From Octopus bimaculoides (taxonomy: Eukaryota): a stretch of 64,000 bases of DNA. Every line of letters starts with the position of its first letter. The first letter of the stretch is position 1. Both the position numbers and the translations under genes were made by a program. Below, one piece after another: positions 1 through 14,091 of this stretch. The stretch spans positions 14,298,332 to 14,362,331 of the forward strand of contig NC_068995.1 in the NCBI RefSeq assembly GCF_001194135.2, read 5' to 3'. Below the pieces are notes generated by a model. It was given only the letters and a program-made list of their open reading frames with translations, ran no database searches and was not told the origin of the DNA.

Positions 1-666
1 TCATCTCTTGCAGACAGAAAAAAAAAAAAACCTCATTCTTAAATTACAGGTAATATCTGCTGTGAACTTTGCTACCTGCTAAGTGATCCATGTATTAAAA
101 ATAAAATTTTTAAAAAAAACTGAGAAATGTGAAAACGGTTTTGATATATATATTACATAATAAAATAGGACATTGTGGAGTTATCATCTTACCTATCAGT
201 TATTTTAAACAACAGTATGTACGGTCAGATTTGAATTGGGAAATTTGAGGTTTACATTGTGTAAAATTTTAAAATTACTACAGTGTTGAAGACATAATAA
301 TTCAGAAACAGACCAAAAACTGGTAACTTAAACATTTACTATTTGGTGTCAAAATTTTCATTGCACTAACTGCAGCTGTAGAACTGCATCAATGATCTGG
401 TCTCAGTTGGTGCAGCAAAAATTTTGATACCAAATAAATGTTTAAGGGAAATTAAGCTTTTTTTTTGTTTTGTTTTTTTTTAACTGTTTTCCATGGTGTA
501 ATTGTTACAGTTTCAACACAGTCTCAGATCGAACAACTTGCTGAACAATGCTTCTCTGAAATTCTAGATTATTGTAAATTTTCTGGTGTAAAAAGGATTT
601 GTAATACTATGACATCTTCAGTAAAAATATTTACTCATGCTTTGTTTATTCTCTGTTCATCTACAG

Positions 667-933
667 CTAATTAAACCAGCAGAAATGAACAACCCGAAGA
701 TTGATGAAATGAGTATGATGACGTATCTATCCCAGTTCCCCAACTGCAAACTGAATCCCCAAGCTCCCCTTAGGCCTCGTCTTAACCCCAATCGGGTGCG
801 TGCCTATGGTCCTGGTATCGAACCTACTGGTAACACGAAAGGAGCCAAGACGTCGTTTACTGTGGAGACTTTTAGTGCTGGACAAGGAACTCTTGAACCA
901 CTTGTCCTCAATCCCAAGGGTCAGAAGGAGCCA
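667..933 (+). CDS. FLN: Filamin exon: end of CH2 and start of Ig1 (LIKPAEM...KGQKEP)
   Basis: ctacag acceptor ending 666; gtgagt donor at 934; phase 0/0. Confidence 0.95.
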
Positions 934-2760
934 GTGAGTAGAACTTTTCATTATTACTATTGCACTATTATTACTATTATCATTACACTTATTACAATTA
1001 TCAAAGTGGCAAGCTGACAGAATCCTCGGCACTCTGAACCAAATGCTTGGTGGCATTTCATCCATCTTTACATTCAGAGTTAAAATTCTGCAGTCAACTT
1101 TTCAGGATCAATAAAATAAGTACCAGCCAAGTACTGGGGTCAACGTAATCAATTTGCCCCTTTTCCCAAAAACTGCTGGCCTTGTGCTAAAATTTGAAAC
1201 CATTATTATTTGATTTTTTTATACATACAAAATCAAACTCTAGTTTCTAACTTTTCTATGCTTGCATGGTGTGGGTGATATCCATTGAGGCAAATTTTCT
1301 ATGGCTGCATATTCTTCCTGTCACTACTCCCTACCAGTTTCCATGTAAAGTATTTTCCCCATGGCTGGACATGTAAGATTGGAAACGAGCACCACTCATA
1401 TGACAGTAACTTTCATTTACAACTATTGTGATAATGAAGTAAGAATACATGCACACGAGCTTCTTTCAGTTTCCGTTTCTCAAATCCAGTCATAAATCCA
1501 TTCACTTAGTTAACTTGAAACTACGTGACACTTGGTCAAGGTGCCACACTGAGTGATTGAACCTGATGCTACAGGATTGGGATGCAAAGCGGTTAACCAC
1601 ACAGCCTTGTCTGTATGCTTATAAGTATATATTTTTCAAATAAAAAGGACTTTATTGAAAATCGGTAGAAATAGTTAAAAATGTTATTTAATTTCAAGAG
1701 ATTAAAATTTTATAAGTTTTTATTTTTTTACCATGCAAATTATTTTAAAATTTGGTTCTGATTAATGAATTGTTTTGTTTGCTCCTCTTTTCAGTGTGAG
1801 GTTGTTTTCAACCAAGACAAACACCTCACGTACACTTGTACATACACTCCTAAAGTTGAAGGGAATTACAAGGTAATCATCAAATACTCTGGCAAGGAAA
1901 TTCCTAAGAGTCCGTTTCCGGTTGCAGTTTCTGCTCCTGCTGGAGATCCCTCAAAGGTCAAAGCAGCTGGTCCTGGTCTGGAACCAGGAAATGTTGTGAG
2001 CGTAATGACTCACTTTACTATTTCTCTGAAAGGTAAGGTGTTTTTTTTCTTCCTCGCCACCTTCAAATTGTTTTTCTATCTTTGTGAAACATTGTACTTC
2101 AAACATTTTCATTGAAATTTTCTCTTTAAGTTTTGTTTGGAAATATTCCTTCAAAAATTTTATTGGAAATTTTCTTAAATATTTTAGAAATAAAAGAAAA
2201 TTTAGATATATCCAATCACAAAATATTGTACTTATATCTCAATAACTTTTATCTTTGATAGATGCTGGAGAAGGTCCAGTGGATGTAGTCATCACAGATC
2301 CCTCTGGTAATCAAAATGCTATCAAGCCCAAGATCACTCGTCAGCCTGATGGTACTTACCGTGTAGAATATACACCTAAAGTGCCTGGAGTCCATACAGT
2401 TAGCATTGTCTTTTGTGGACAACCTATTCCACGATCCCCTATTTCGGTTACTATTTCTACTGGTGAGTTTTTTTTTGTTTTTATTTCTTTTTGTAACAAT
2501 GCCAACAGCAACAAAAATAATTTTGCCTTTGAAGATACATTGCAGAAATGATAAAAAGAAAAGTATATTTTAACCTTTTTTTTTTTGTTTTTTTTAATTT
2601 AATAGCATCAAATGCAAAGAAATGTTATGCAACTGGTCGTGGAATCCAACCTAAAGGTATTAGAGTGAAAGACAATGCTGATTTCAAGGTATATACTAAA
2701 GGAGCTGGTGATGGAGAAATGAAAGTTACTATCACTGGACCAGGTAATTTTTTCTTTTTT

Positions 2761-2803
<43 letters not shown>

Positions 2804-5800
2804 TAAGTTTACATGAAGCCAGAATGGCTAGGACAGATTCTCAAGAGGAGAGAGGGATTGACCAAGACTTGTCTGGTCTTCATTATCAGCTGAGGATACT
2901 GGACCGATGTGAAATGAAGTTCCTTGCATCCACATACTAACCACTAGGCCTCACACCCTAATTATCAAACTTCTGTAATCTTTTAGATGTACTAATGAAT
3001 TGGAAGATTAAAAAACATTTGATCCTTTAATCTGCTAGAAATAACAACCAAATCTTTTATAACCTACTGTCTTGAAAGGACTACATTATATGTAGTCCAA
3101 GATATGCTATGCCTGAGAAAAGGTTTAGATGATCATGTCTTCGTGACTGGAATTCTTGACTGCTCCAGTAGGGTTGACCTGTGGCTAGTCTCTGACAAAT
3201 TATTAGGAAAATTGTGAATCAGCAATAACTCGTCTTGGTGTCCTGATGATGGTCATCAAGAATAACCCCTGGAAATTACTCTCAAGCCCCAAGATCTGTA
3301 GGGCTAATTATTTGGTTTTCATAACGTGAGTGACTAAAGTCCTAGGATTCGTAGGGCCAATTATTGTTACCATATTATATGACTGGCTGACTGAGATCTT
3401 CATGTTTTGCCTGAAGGGGATGCCAGTCCATTGCAAAGTTACTCATTTCCAGAATAAACTGGAACAATGTGAAATGAAGTGTTTTGTCCAAGAACACAAA
3501 GCACTGTGCCAATTTTGTTTTTGGTAATGTTTAAGATTTCTGTTGCAACTTTTTAGAATCTGTTTTATCTTAAACACTTGCAGCTATTACATGCCAATTC
3601 TTTTTAACATTATTTTAATTTTAAAACATCAGCTAAATATTAGATTTATTTTTCTTTTACCAGGCAATTCAAATGAACCGGTTAGTATTAAGAAACTTGA
3701 TCCAACGACTTACGAGTGTGTTTACACCCCAAAACAGCCTGGTACTTACACTATCAATGTCACTTTTGGTGGCCAACACATCCCCAAGAGTCCATTCAAG
3801 GTTGAAGTTGGTCCATTCAAGTTGTCTAAGATTATAGCATATGGTCCTGGCTTGCATGGCGGAATGGTCGGCAAACCAGCAACATTTGTTGTGGAAACCC
3901 ATGGTGAAACAGGAGCATTAGGTACGTGAAATTTTTTATTCTGGCATGATTCTCATTTTTTTTTTTTGCCTTTTTATTATTTTCCTTTGCTATGTAGGAT
4001 TGGTTGGTAATATTGCAAAAAATTTCTGTAATATATTGGGTCATGACTTGTATGATACCATATTTTTTTTTAAGAGCCCTAAAAATCTGGAACTTTGACC
4101 ACACTTTGTGTCTCCAACATTGTCTCAATCTGATTCCTTTACAATCCTTTCTCACCTGTCACTTTTCTAATTTGCATCCCATGTCCATACGTGCACAGTT
4201 GTCTCTCTTGAATACTCTTTGATTTGTGGCTTTTATTAATGCTCATAAGAATATCATATCTCTCGACTATATTTTGCTCAAGAAAAAATACATTTTGATA
4301 GATGAGGGAAAGAAATCCAAGTATGTTCAGTTTTTTTTTTTTTTACCAAATACTACAGCTTACCAAAGATCTATAAATTTTTTATAATACCCTAAAATAC
4401 TGATATCATTAACTTTTTAATTGGTTGATCTGCAGTAAGGGGTTGTACAGGCCTGCAAAAGTTGGGTTGCAGGTGGTTAGGTGGAATTCCAGAAGGGTCA
4501 GACCTTGAGGAAGGTTTGTTGATAGTATTGTATCTCAGAGACAAGTGGGCCCCACAATATAGACAAATGAGTCACTTGCATCACACAGCATCCTAACTAT
4601 TAGGATTGTGAAATTATTGACCATTGTGCCTATTAGCTGAATTGAGGCCACAATGTCTCAAGTACGGCTAGACCTCTTCAGATGGTATATTGTAATAAAT
4701 ATAACCTTTAGAGCTGCTATATTTTGGTCATTCTCTTAGATTTCCTCTTTTGCTATATTACAACGTTTTTGGAACTGTTAATCCAACCATAATTGATTTC
4801 TTGATGGTTTCACTTTAACTTCTTGCATTTTGACATATTTCATTTTCTTATTTGTTAGAATTGAAAGATTTGAAGAAAAAATTATAATTTTGTCATTTTG
4901 AAGTAGGTAATCGAGCTCGGTGTTAACTCCTAACACTATATGTATATATAATTAGCTCATTAACATTGCAATTAACTAAGACAGATTTTAAGACAAAGCT
5001 TCATATAATGTACTCTGTTCAATGAAACCCAAGCACTGAAACCTTTTATATTTGTTTTGGACAGGTTTTTCAATTGAAGGTCCTTCCCAGGCCAAAATTG
5101 ACTGCAAAGATAATGGTGATGGAACAGCTGATATCACTTATTGGCCAACAGCCCCAGGAGAATATGCAGTCCACATTCATTGTAATGAAGAAGATATTCC
5201 TAAATCTCCATATATGGCCCAGATTCAACCAGCTACTAAAGACTTTGATCCTCTCAAGGTGAGATATTATCCTCATTTAACATCTGTTTTCCATGCTGGC
5301 ATGGGTTGGACGGTTTGACAGTGGGTGACCAGCTGAAGGGCTGTTCAGGTTCCATGTCTATTTTGGCATGGCTTCTACAGCTTGATTCCCTTCCTAATGC
5401 CAGCCACTTAAGTATGCTGGGTGTGTTTATGCAACACCAGTACAGGTGTATTAACACAGCACCGGCACAGGTGCTTTCTAAGTGGCACCAGCACCGGAAA
5501 GGACAAGCCTGTATGGGAGGCAGCGATTTTTACTTAGTTTGACAGGTTTTATCAAGTGTAGTAAGTCACATCCCCTGGTTCTTATCTTAATGCAATGACT
5601 CCTCCTTGGCCTTGTGGTTAATAAGTTCCCTTTGCAATAAAAGGTCGGAGTCCACTGCATAATACCTTAGCCAAGTGTTTTCTACCATAATTTTGGGTTA
5701 ACCTGAAGCTTGTGAGTGAAATTAGGTAGATGAAAACTGTATTGAAACCTCATCTTAGTGACTCACAAGACACTTGAAGAAGGCTGGAGTGTACACAGCC

Positions 5801-6605
5801 AAAAATGTAGTGAAAGCAACAGTCAAGATGAAGACCCTAGTTTAATGTAGATAGTGTATGTAATAAATTCCTCATCTCAGAAATACAAATTTGTGACTAT
5901 ACTGAAACCCATTGGATGGATTGTACCCATTCAACGGTGGTGATTGATTATTTAATCCACTGTCTGACCATTAGGGACCTTTTAGCAGTGTTAACTCTGT
6001 TGCAAGCATTCAGACTAAATCTCAGAAGCTTTAGTAAAAATCAGGTGCCACTCTTCCTTCTTGATGAATTTTGTCTAACATTGAATGAATTCCCAATGAA
6101 CACACATTTTGTAAAATAAATTAAAAACTAAATTATTTTATTTTTTTAGGTGGTTGCATTTGGGCCTGGCTTACAGGAAACTGGGGTCCAAGTTCAGCAG
6201 ATGACTGAATTCACTGTTGATGCCAAGAAAGCTGGGAAGGCTCAACTGGACATTATTTGCCATGACGCCGATGGTAACCCCGTTAAAGTTGATATCAAAG
6301 ACAACAAGGATGGCACTTACACTTGTAAATACAAGCCTTTGAAGAATGTCAAGCATGTCGTGTTGATTTCATATGGTGGTGTAAACATACCTAAAAGTCC
6401 TTTCAGAGTAAGTACCTCATAATTTTAGTTGATTTTATGGTGTGTGTGTGTGTGTGTGTATTCTCTTCCAAGATGGAGACTAGTACCAACATTCCATGTG
6501 GCTGGCTTGGCAATTGTTGAGAATTCACTGCATGAAACCAATGGTAGCCTTGCTAACTCACAAATAAAGAATATTTGCCAATGCAATGTTGAGCACTCAT
6601 TCACC

Positions 6606-6638
<33 letters not shown>

Positions 6639-9600
6639 CTGTGTGTATGCATAACTGTGAATGTGTAGTTAAATGTTTTGATGATAGTCTTTCAATATGG
6701 TGTTGAGGTGTCAGAAATGGTAGTTTTGGACTAAATGTCTTGTAATTCCTCTGATTCTGTGTTCAAATCACACTAGTAGTTGTTGTGGTAGGAGGCTGAT
6801 GTTGCCTTTTTTTGTCCTTCCATTGTCAATAAAATATTGGTCAAACATAGAGATGTGGGCAAGTTGCTATAATTGTCTGGATTTGCAGAACTAGGAGTGT
6901 TGGAGAAGAGTACTTTGCAGTATTTATTCTAGTGTTTTATGTTCAGAGTTCAAATTCTGTCTTAATCAGCTTCGCATTCCATTCTTCCAGGAATTATAAA
7001 ATACAGTACCAGTATTGGGATATATGATCAACTGTTCCCTTGCCTTAAATTCAAAACCTTGTTAGAAATCCATACTGATTTGCATTCTTTCCTACATTGT
7101 GTCCTAAGCTATGTCTGTAATTTTGCTCGTGCTGATAAAACGAATACCAGTAATTTACCAGGGTAATTCAATTGACTGCTCGTTTTTCTTGTGACTTACT
7201 GCATGGCTCAGTTTAAACAGCAGCATCCTAGATCCTGGCCAACTTTTAAAGCAGAGATCACTACTCCAATGCAAGTTTTGAGTCAAGCGACTACAAAGTT
7301 CCCTCCCTTCTCACTTTTTTTTTTCTTTCTTGCACTGACCTAAGGATATTAAACCTAGACATCAGCTATATAATATCAATCTCACCTGTCTGAAAGGAAG
7401 GGGTCTGTAAAGCTCATACACTACCCCCATCATCCTCTGATTAACTTGTAAATAAGAGTTATTTGGCTCCATGCCAAAGTCAGAAATCCAGATGAATTGC
7501 TTTTGAATATTCACTTGATGTTACATCTGCTACAGTCATCATCATTTGTCAGTTTTATGTGTATTTTTTCCATATGAATAAAACTTCCAGAGGCTGTATT
7601 ATTTTATGGCCAGATGCTCTCTAACTCCAGGCCTTCTTTTCAAGTTAGGTATTTAATTTCCATATCTCTGTACATAGAGCCACTAAGCTGCCTGACTTCG
7701 TGGAGTATAAACACATCACTGTAGCACAATGCATGCAAAAACTGATGTGCTTACCCACACATGCAAGCACACACACACACACAGAATTGTGTACAGTTCC
7801 TGTCAACTAAATTTCACACACAAGGTATAGGTCAACTCTAGACTTCAGTTAGACATTTGTCGAAGCTACCATGCAAGTGGGCTATCCAACTGCATACCAT
7901 ATGGTTGTGATTTGAAATTCTCAACTTCACAGCTTGGTCTGTGACTTCATCATCTTTTTTTTTTCCCCAAACATTAAATTAACATTTAAACTAGGCTCCC
8001 ACATGTTGGTTACTGTTGATCAAGAACTTTACTCAGAACATCAACACACAGCACACACTTCTCACTTTAATAAAATTGAGTACCACTCTAATATTGCTTT
8101 CAAAACATGGCACAAGGCCAGCAATTTCAGGGGAAGATGTAAGTCAATTACATCAACCCCAATGTTCAACGGGTACTCATTTTATCAACCCTGAAAGGAT
8201 GAAAGGCAAAGCCGACCTTGGTGGAATTTGAACTCAGTATGTAAAGATAGATATGTCACTAAGCATTTTGCCTGGCATGCTAACGATTCTGCCAGCTCAC
8301 TGCCTTAAGTACCATTCTAATTCAGTCAGTTTAATTAACTAGTTATGCCCACTTCTTGTATTTGTGGCCTTTTACCTCTGGATATAAAGTAAAAACAATA
8401 TTTTACTAAGGAAGTTCATAGTTCTTTTTAGACTAATTATTTTAATTTTCTTCTTTACAGGTTTTTGTCCAATCTCCTTCCAGTGTGAAGGTTTATGGAC
8501 CAGGTGTGAAACCAGGTGTGAAAACTAACCAACCAACTCACTTCGTGGTTGACTGCAAAGAAGCTGGACCTGGTAAGAGAACATAGTTCTTATTATATAT
8601 TCCAACCATTTTGTGTCATGGTTTATACACATTGACATACATTTTAAACTTGAGAGCACTCTTTTTTGTGGTTGCTTCACCTGCTAGAAATAAACAAATC
8701 TCCTTCAAACCATGTGCCCTGCAATTTGTAAAGAATATATATGATACATTAGATAATGTAGTCCAAGATATACACTTCTTTAATAAAAAAATGACTGGAT
8801 GATTATAACTGGAATATCCTTGGATCAGATATCAACTTGATCAATGCTGATTTGGGAACTAAACAACTTGAGTTTAAAATAAAATCTATTTGGAATATGT
8901 AATAGCTTGTCAGCTAATTTGATCAAAGTTTTATTGACTGAGAGCTGGTGTGATCAAACTTTTGTGTCTTATTAATTGTACTTATTAATGTACTTACCAC
9001 AAAAACTTCTGCATTGAACCTACAGTCTCATGAGGCCAGAGCTTATGTGGATTTTGAAAGCATTTAGGCTTAGTACAAAATTCTGTTGAATGAGATAACC
9101 CCTAGAATAAAACCTGCAGTGGGTTAATCTGAAAAAAGAAGTACCATTAGCACTTGGAGGTTTAACCTTGCAATAGGTTGTAGGGTTAAATCCTAGGTGC
9201 TACTGGTATCACTTTTTTTCAGCAAAGTGTACTGAAACAGCTTAAAATAAAGTGCTTCATTCAAGGACATAAGTACTGCTTAGTTCAAGAATTGAACCCA
9301 CGACCTAACAATTGTGAGATCAACATTCTGATCACGAGGGTAAAAAGGTAAGAACCCCCTTCAGTCATGAATGACCATAGGATTTCACCTAGAAAGTTCC
9401 CCTCAGTGAACTGAAGTAATGTAAAATAAACTGTTTTGTTCAAGAACACAACACATAGCCTGGTCTGTGAATTGAGCTCACTACCTCATGAATGAGAGTC
9501 CAACACTCTAACCAATGAGGCATGTCTTCACAAAGGCCTTATACACTTTCATAAAACTTTAAGAAGACCTAATCCTAACTAACTTTTTAGGATAAGCCAT

Positions 9601-9759
9601 ATTAAGCTAACTTAAAGTTTGATAAATTACATGAAGGGGAGATATTCATGTGGTTCCCTGTATGATCCAGAACAGCAGGACATAAGCACTCTCACACGTG
9701 TGTCTCCATGTTTATGAATATGCCTGTTTATGCCATGAGGTGCTAGGTTGTATAATACT

Positions 9760-9811
<52 letters not shown>

Positions 9812-12800
9812 NNNNNNNNNNNNNNNNNNNNNNNNNNNNNNNNNNNNNNNNNNNNNNNNNNNNNNNNNNNNNNNNNNNNNNNNNNNNNNNNNNNNNNNNN
9901 NNNNNNNNNNNNNNNNNNNNNNNNNNNNNNNNNNNNNNNNNNNNNNNNNNNNNNNNNNNNNNNNNNNNNNNNNNNNNNNNNNNNNNNNNNNNNNNNNNNN
10001 NNNNNNNNNNNNNNNNNNNNNNNNNNNNNNNNNNNNNNNNNNNNNNNNNNNNNTTTTTTTTTTTTTTTTTTTTTTTACTGCCCAAGAACTGACATTGAAT
10101 ATAAATAATTTGTTTGAATTTAGGTGATGTGGCTATTTCACTGACTGATGAGCGTGGAATGGATGTGCCTGTTAATACTGTTGACAACCAAGATGGTACT
10201 TTCACTGTCAATTATGAAGCCAAGATCCCTGGCATGTACACCATAAATGTGTACTTTGCCGATAAAGAGATTCCAGCATCACCTATCAAGGTGAAAGTTG
10301 AATCCAGTATCGATCTCAGCAAAGTACGCGTTGAAGGTTTGGAGAGCAGTAAGTTTCAGTTATATTCTTTTCTTTTGGTATTGTATGAATTATATATATA
10401 ATTCAGTGAAATCTGCTTTGGCACATACTACCATGACCATTATCTCGTGTAAAACAATCATACTGACTTGGGAAAATTATCTCCCTTACCTTTTTTGATA
10501 AGTATTGTCATTAACACTAAATTTTATCATGGGTATAATTTTGAGAATTTTTTGCTCACTTCATTAAATATTTTACTTTGCCCTGTCATTTAATTATTGC
10601 CACATGAGGGTTTTACAAGGAGTTTTAACAAATTTATTTCTATCTAAACTTGATACAATTCACAAATTAATTCAGACATATTGAATTTTATTGTATTATA
10701 AATGCATTTTATTTTATTTCTTAATTGTTATTGTGCTTCAAAATATTTATTGAAATACATATACCTTAGATACTTGGGTATTGCTTCATTTTGAAAAGAA
10801 TGTAAATTTTTGCAATATTTAAGCATCATTTTCATGTTTGTACATTTTTTTGTAACTTAAAAAAAACCCTTTAATCTTGAGTTAAATCTTAGTTCTGCCA
10901 ATACATTCTGGTCCCTATTCTTTTTTCCGTTGTTTAGCTCAAGAGGTTGGCAAAGAGAAAATGATTGATATCATTACGGTTGGTGCTGGAAAGGCTGAAG
11001 CCACTGTCCAGATAACCAGTCCTAAAGGTGTCAAGACAAATGTTCCTACTAAGCCAATGGCTAATGGACATAGTGCACCTATTCTCTTCAAAGAACCTGG
11101 TCCTCATAAGGTCGAGGTCAGCTATGGTGGAATGCCAGCAAAGGGTTCACCATTTAAAGTTGATGCCGTTGTTCCGGTCGCTGCTAACAATGTTCATGCT
11201 TATGGCCCTGGCTTGAAAGAAGGAACTGCAAAGAAACCAGCCACATTTACAGTCGACAGGCGTGCTGCTCCACCGGGTGCTCTTGGAGTATCTGTTGAAG
11301 GTCCATCTGAGGCTAAAGTTAACTGTACTGATAACAAAGACGGTACTGTCAATGTTGAATACTTACCAAATGTGCCAGGAGACTACAAAGTGAATGTCAT
11401 CTATGATAACGCTCCAATTCCTGGATCACCATTTAAGGCTAAGATTCAACCCGCAACTCTCGATGTCGGAGGCATCAAGGCTTATGGACCAGGAGTTGAG
11501 AAGACCGGTAAACTGATGCAAACTGCATGGTGTGATCTAGCCAATGTGTGGCTTAAATTCATTCAAAAAAACCCAAAATAATCCATTTTCTCAGCAGTAT
11601 TCAAAAAGAAAAGACAATACTGATGCTTATGTTGGCATATTAACAAGATAGTTTCAGCATTTTGCATGTCAAGTCTGCTTTGTGTTGCAAATTTTAATGT
11701 ATTTCTTTTATTGGTTTCAGCCTCTTTGATGCAGCCTTTGCTGGAGCATCATCAGTCATCACAGCAGTTCTTTGTTCTATGTTTATATTTTGATATGTGA
11801 ACTTTTCAACTTCTTTTTCTTCTGTTTCCTAAGTCATATTGGCTCTTTTGGAAGGATAATTTTTTTTTTAATTCTTTGCACAAATTTTTTTTAAAAAGTG
11901 TGTTTTGGTAGTAATATTGAGCAGTAGTATTGCCTAAGTTGTAAGCTGTTACAGTGCTAGAATTTATTCTCTGGAATAGTATGACACCCAGTCTTAAGTT
12001 TGGCCTTGGTCCTGAAGTTTTCCGGGTGTAAATTTTATGTATATATACATAAAAGCGAATGACCTCCATATAAAAGGACCATGAAATCTTTGGACATGAA
12101 ATCTATTTGTTCTTCTTTTCTGAAGATGTCTTTTTGTTTCATGAGGTTAGAAAAGGATTAGCATATTATATGAAGTTCTGTATTAACAGAAAAAAAAGTC
12201 TAATTTTCAACAGGCAAAATTTTAATTTTGAAACAATTAACCCATTTTTATTTCTATCATAAAATGGTGGACCGATAGCTCAGCCATATCCTAAACTTTA
12301 GGATTGTCAGAAGTATGTGATCTTGATTCTACTTACTTGATTCATTACCACTGTACATCTTACACCATTTCTGAATTAGATATGGACATCAATACTGTGC
12401 ATTGAATGTTACATGACCTTAAGAAACATTTGATCAATGCGATCAATAATATAGACACACACTTTATGTAATTTGTAGTGTATGTTTTTTGTGTACTTAG
12501 ACTTGTGAACACAGTTGTTTGAACTGATCTCCACAATTTTCAAATTGTAATTGGTTGTGCTCCAGTATAGATAAAGTATAGGCTGATATTATTATAAAGA
12601 TTTACAGAAATGTCCTTGATTTGACTGTTGTGCTTTTAGATTGGTAAATACCAGACTAAAGGACACGGCATTGCACACTTGGTTAAAAAGGTTTGCTTTA
12701 TGCTCATGAACTTCAGGGACTGTCTATTGTGCTGATCCTAGAAGATAGCCTCAAGTCACCCAAAGTCTTGTGAATTAAATTGTGTGGAAAGGAACTGTTT

Positions 12801-14056
12801 AGAAACCCACTGAATAAAATGTAGCTGTAAAATCCAGATTCAGCCTTGCCTATCTCTCAATAAAATTTTCAGGCTAAATCAGCATAAGTGTATATGTCTG
12901 CAGAATACTCAGCCACTTAAGCATTATCTTAATGAGTTGGTAGCTCAGTTGATCAAACAGCTGAATGTTCATCATCATATAACCAAAGACTCAAAATCTC
13001 TTAGTGATTAAAGCTCAATGTTCGTTGGTTTCATCTAATTCATACTTCATTTATTTATTTAACATTATTTTTGACATTTTAGTGTATTCTAGCATGGCTG
13101 AGTTTTTTTTGTTTTTTTTTTTTAATAATTTTGACTTTGACTCAGTTGGAAAGATGTTCTAATTTTTTTGTTTTAATTTATTTTTGGCTTATTTTACAGT
13201 TTTCTTTTTAATGCTAATCACTTATCTGTTTAGTAAGTCTGGTACTTTCACTAGTTGAGCAAACTTTGGCCAGTTGTTACAGCTTGGTCAGAAGCAATAC
13301 TGTTAGTATACTAAGGTTTGGACTGCAGGTCTTGTAGTTGAATTGGTAATGTTACCATAAGGCTCACAGCAATGCTCATTTCATCATTTGTTTTGTTAAT
13401 TACATTACTGTGCAAAATCTATTGAAATGACCAATAAAAACTGCTTAGAAAAGGAAACATCAGGACAGGTTGAGAAACTTAAGAGAATGATAAAACCGAT
13501 ACATTGTCCTTTTTAAAAAGGAAAGCAAAAGGTAGATATTTTGGATCCTTAAATCCCAAAAAAGAAAAATATTCTTTCTACATCTTAAAGATAGCAGCAT
13601 TGTCACAATGGATACATTTTGAATGAAATAAAGCAGAAGTTACAATTACTTAAATATGACCCTCGAAATGACCATGCTTGTTTTCAAATTTTTAGTTAAG
13701 CCAAGCCCTTGTTTCGTATGTTCTGAGTAAGTCCTAAGTTACTCTAATGATTGAAAAATTGGTATGGTGTATCATTATATGTTGTGTGGACACCAGAGAA
13801 ATATATCCTGTGCATCACACGTAATTATATACAGAATGGACAAAGGTTTAAAGAAGATAATTTATTTAAGGGGATGCAATTACAACTAATGGAGCTAATG
13901 AAACTTGTAGTTTGAATATATTGTGAAATGAGTCAAAATGTAAAGAACATTTTTAGTTATCATTTGAATTTAATAAAGACACTTGTTAATAAGGACCGAG
14001 AATACTATCAACACGTTATCTAGCTATGATGTAAAAGACAAATTTATAATCTTTCT

Positions 14057-14091
<35 letters not shown>

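Noticed and set aside
3243-3280. CTGATGA motif in a GC-richer intronic repeat
   Set aside because: No stem II closing directly onto GAAA.
6425-6668. HT- and CV-repeat ORFs (also 16642-16964)
   Set aside because: Translations of (CA)n/(TG)n microsatellites.
11721-11800. Strong-looking acceptor (ttggtttcag) after the 570-nt exon
   Set aside because: No usable in-phase donor before a stop; the Ig11 repeat is already complete without it.
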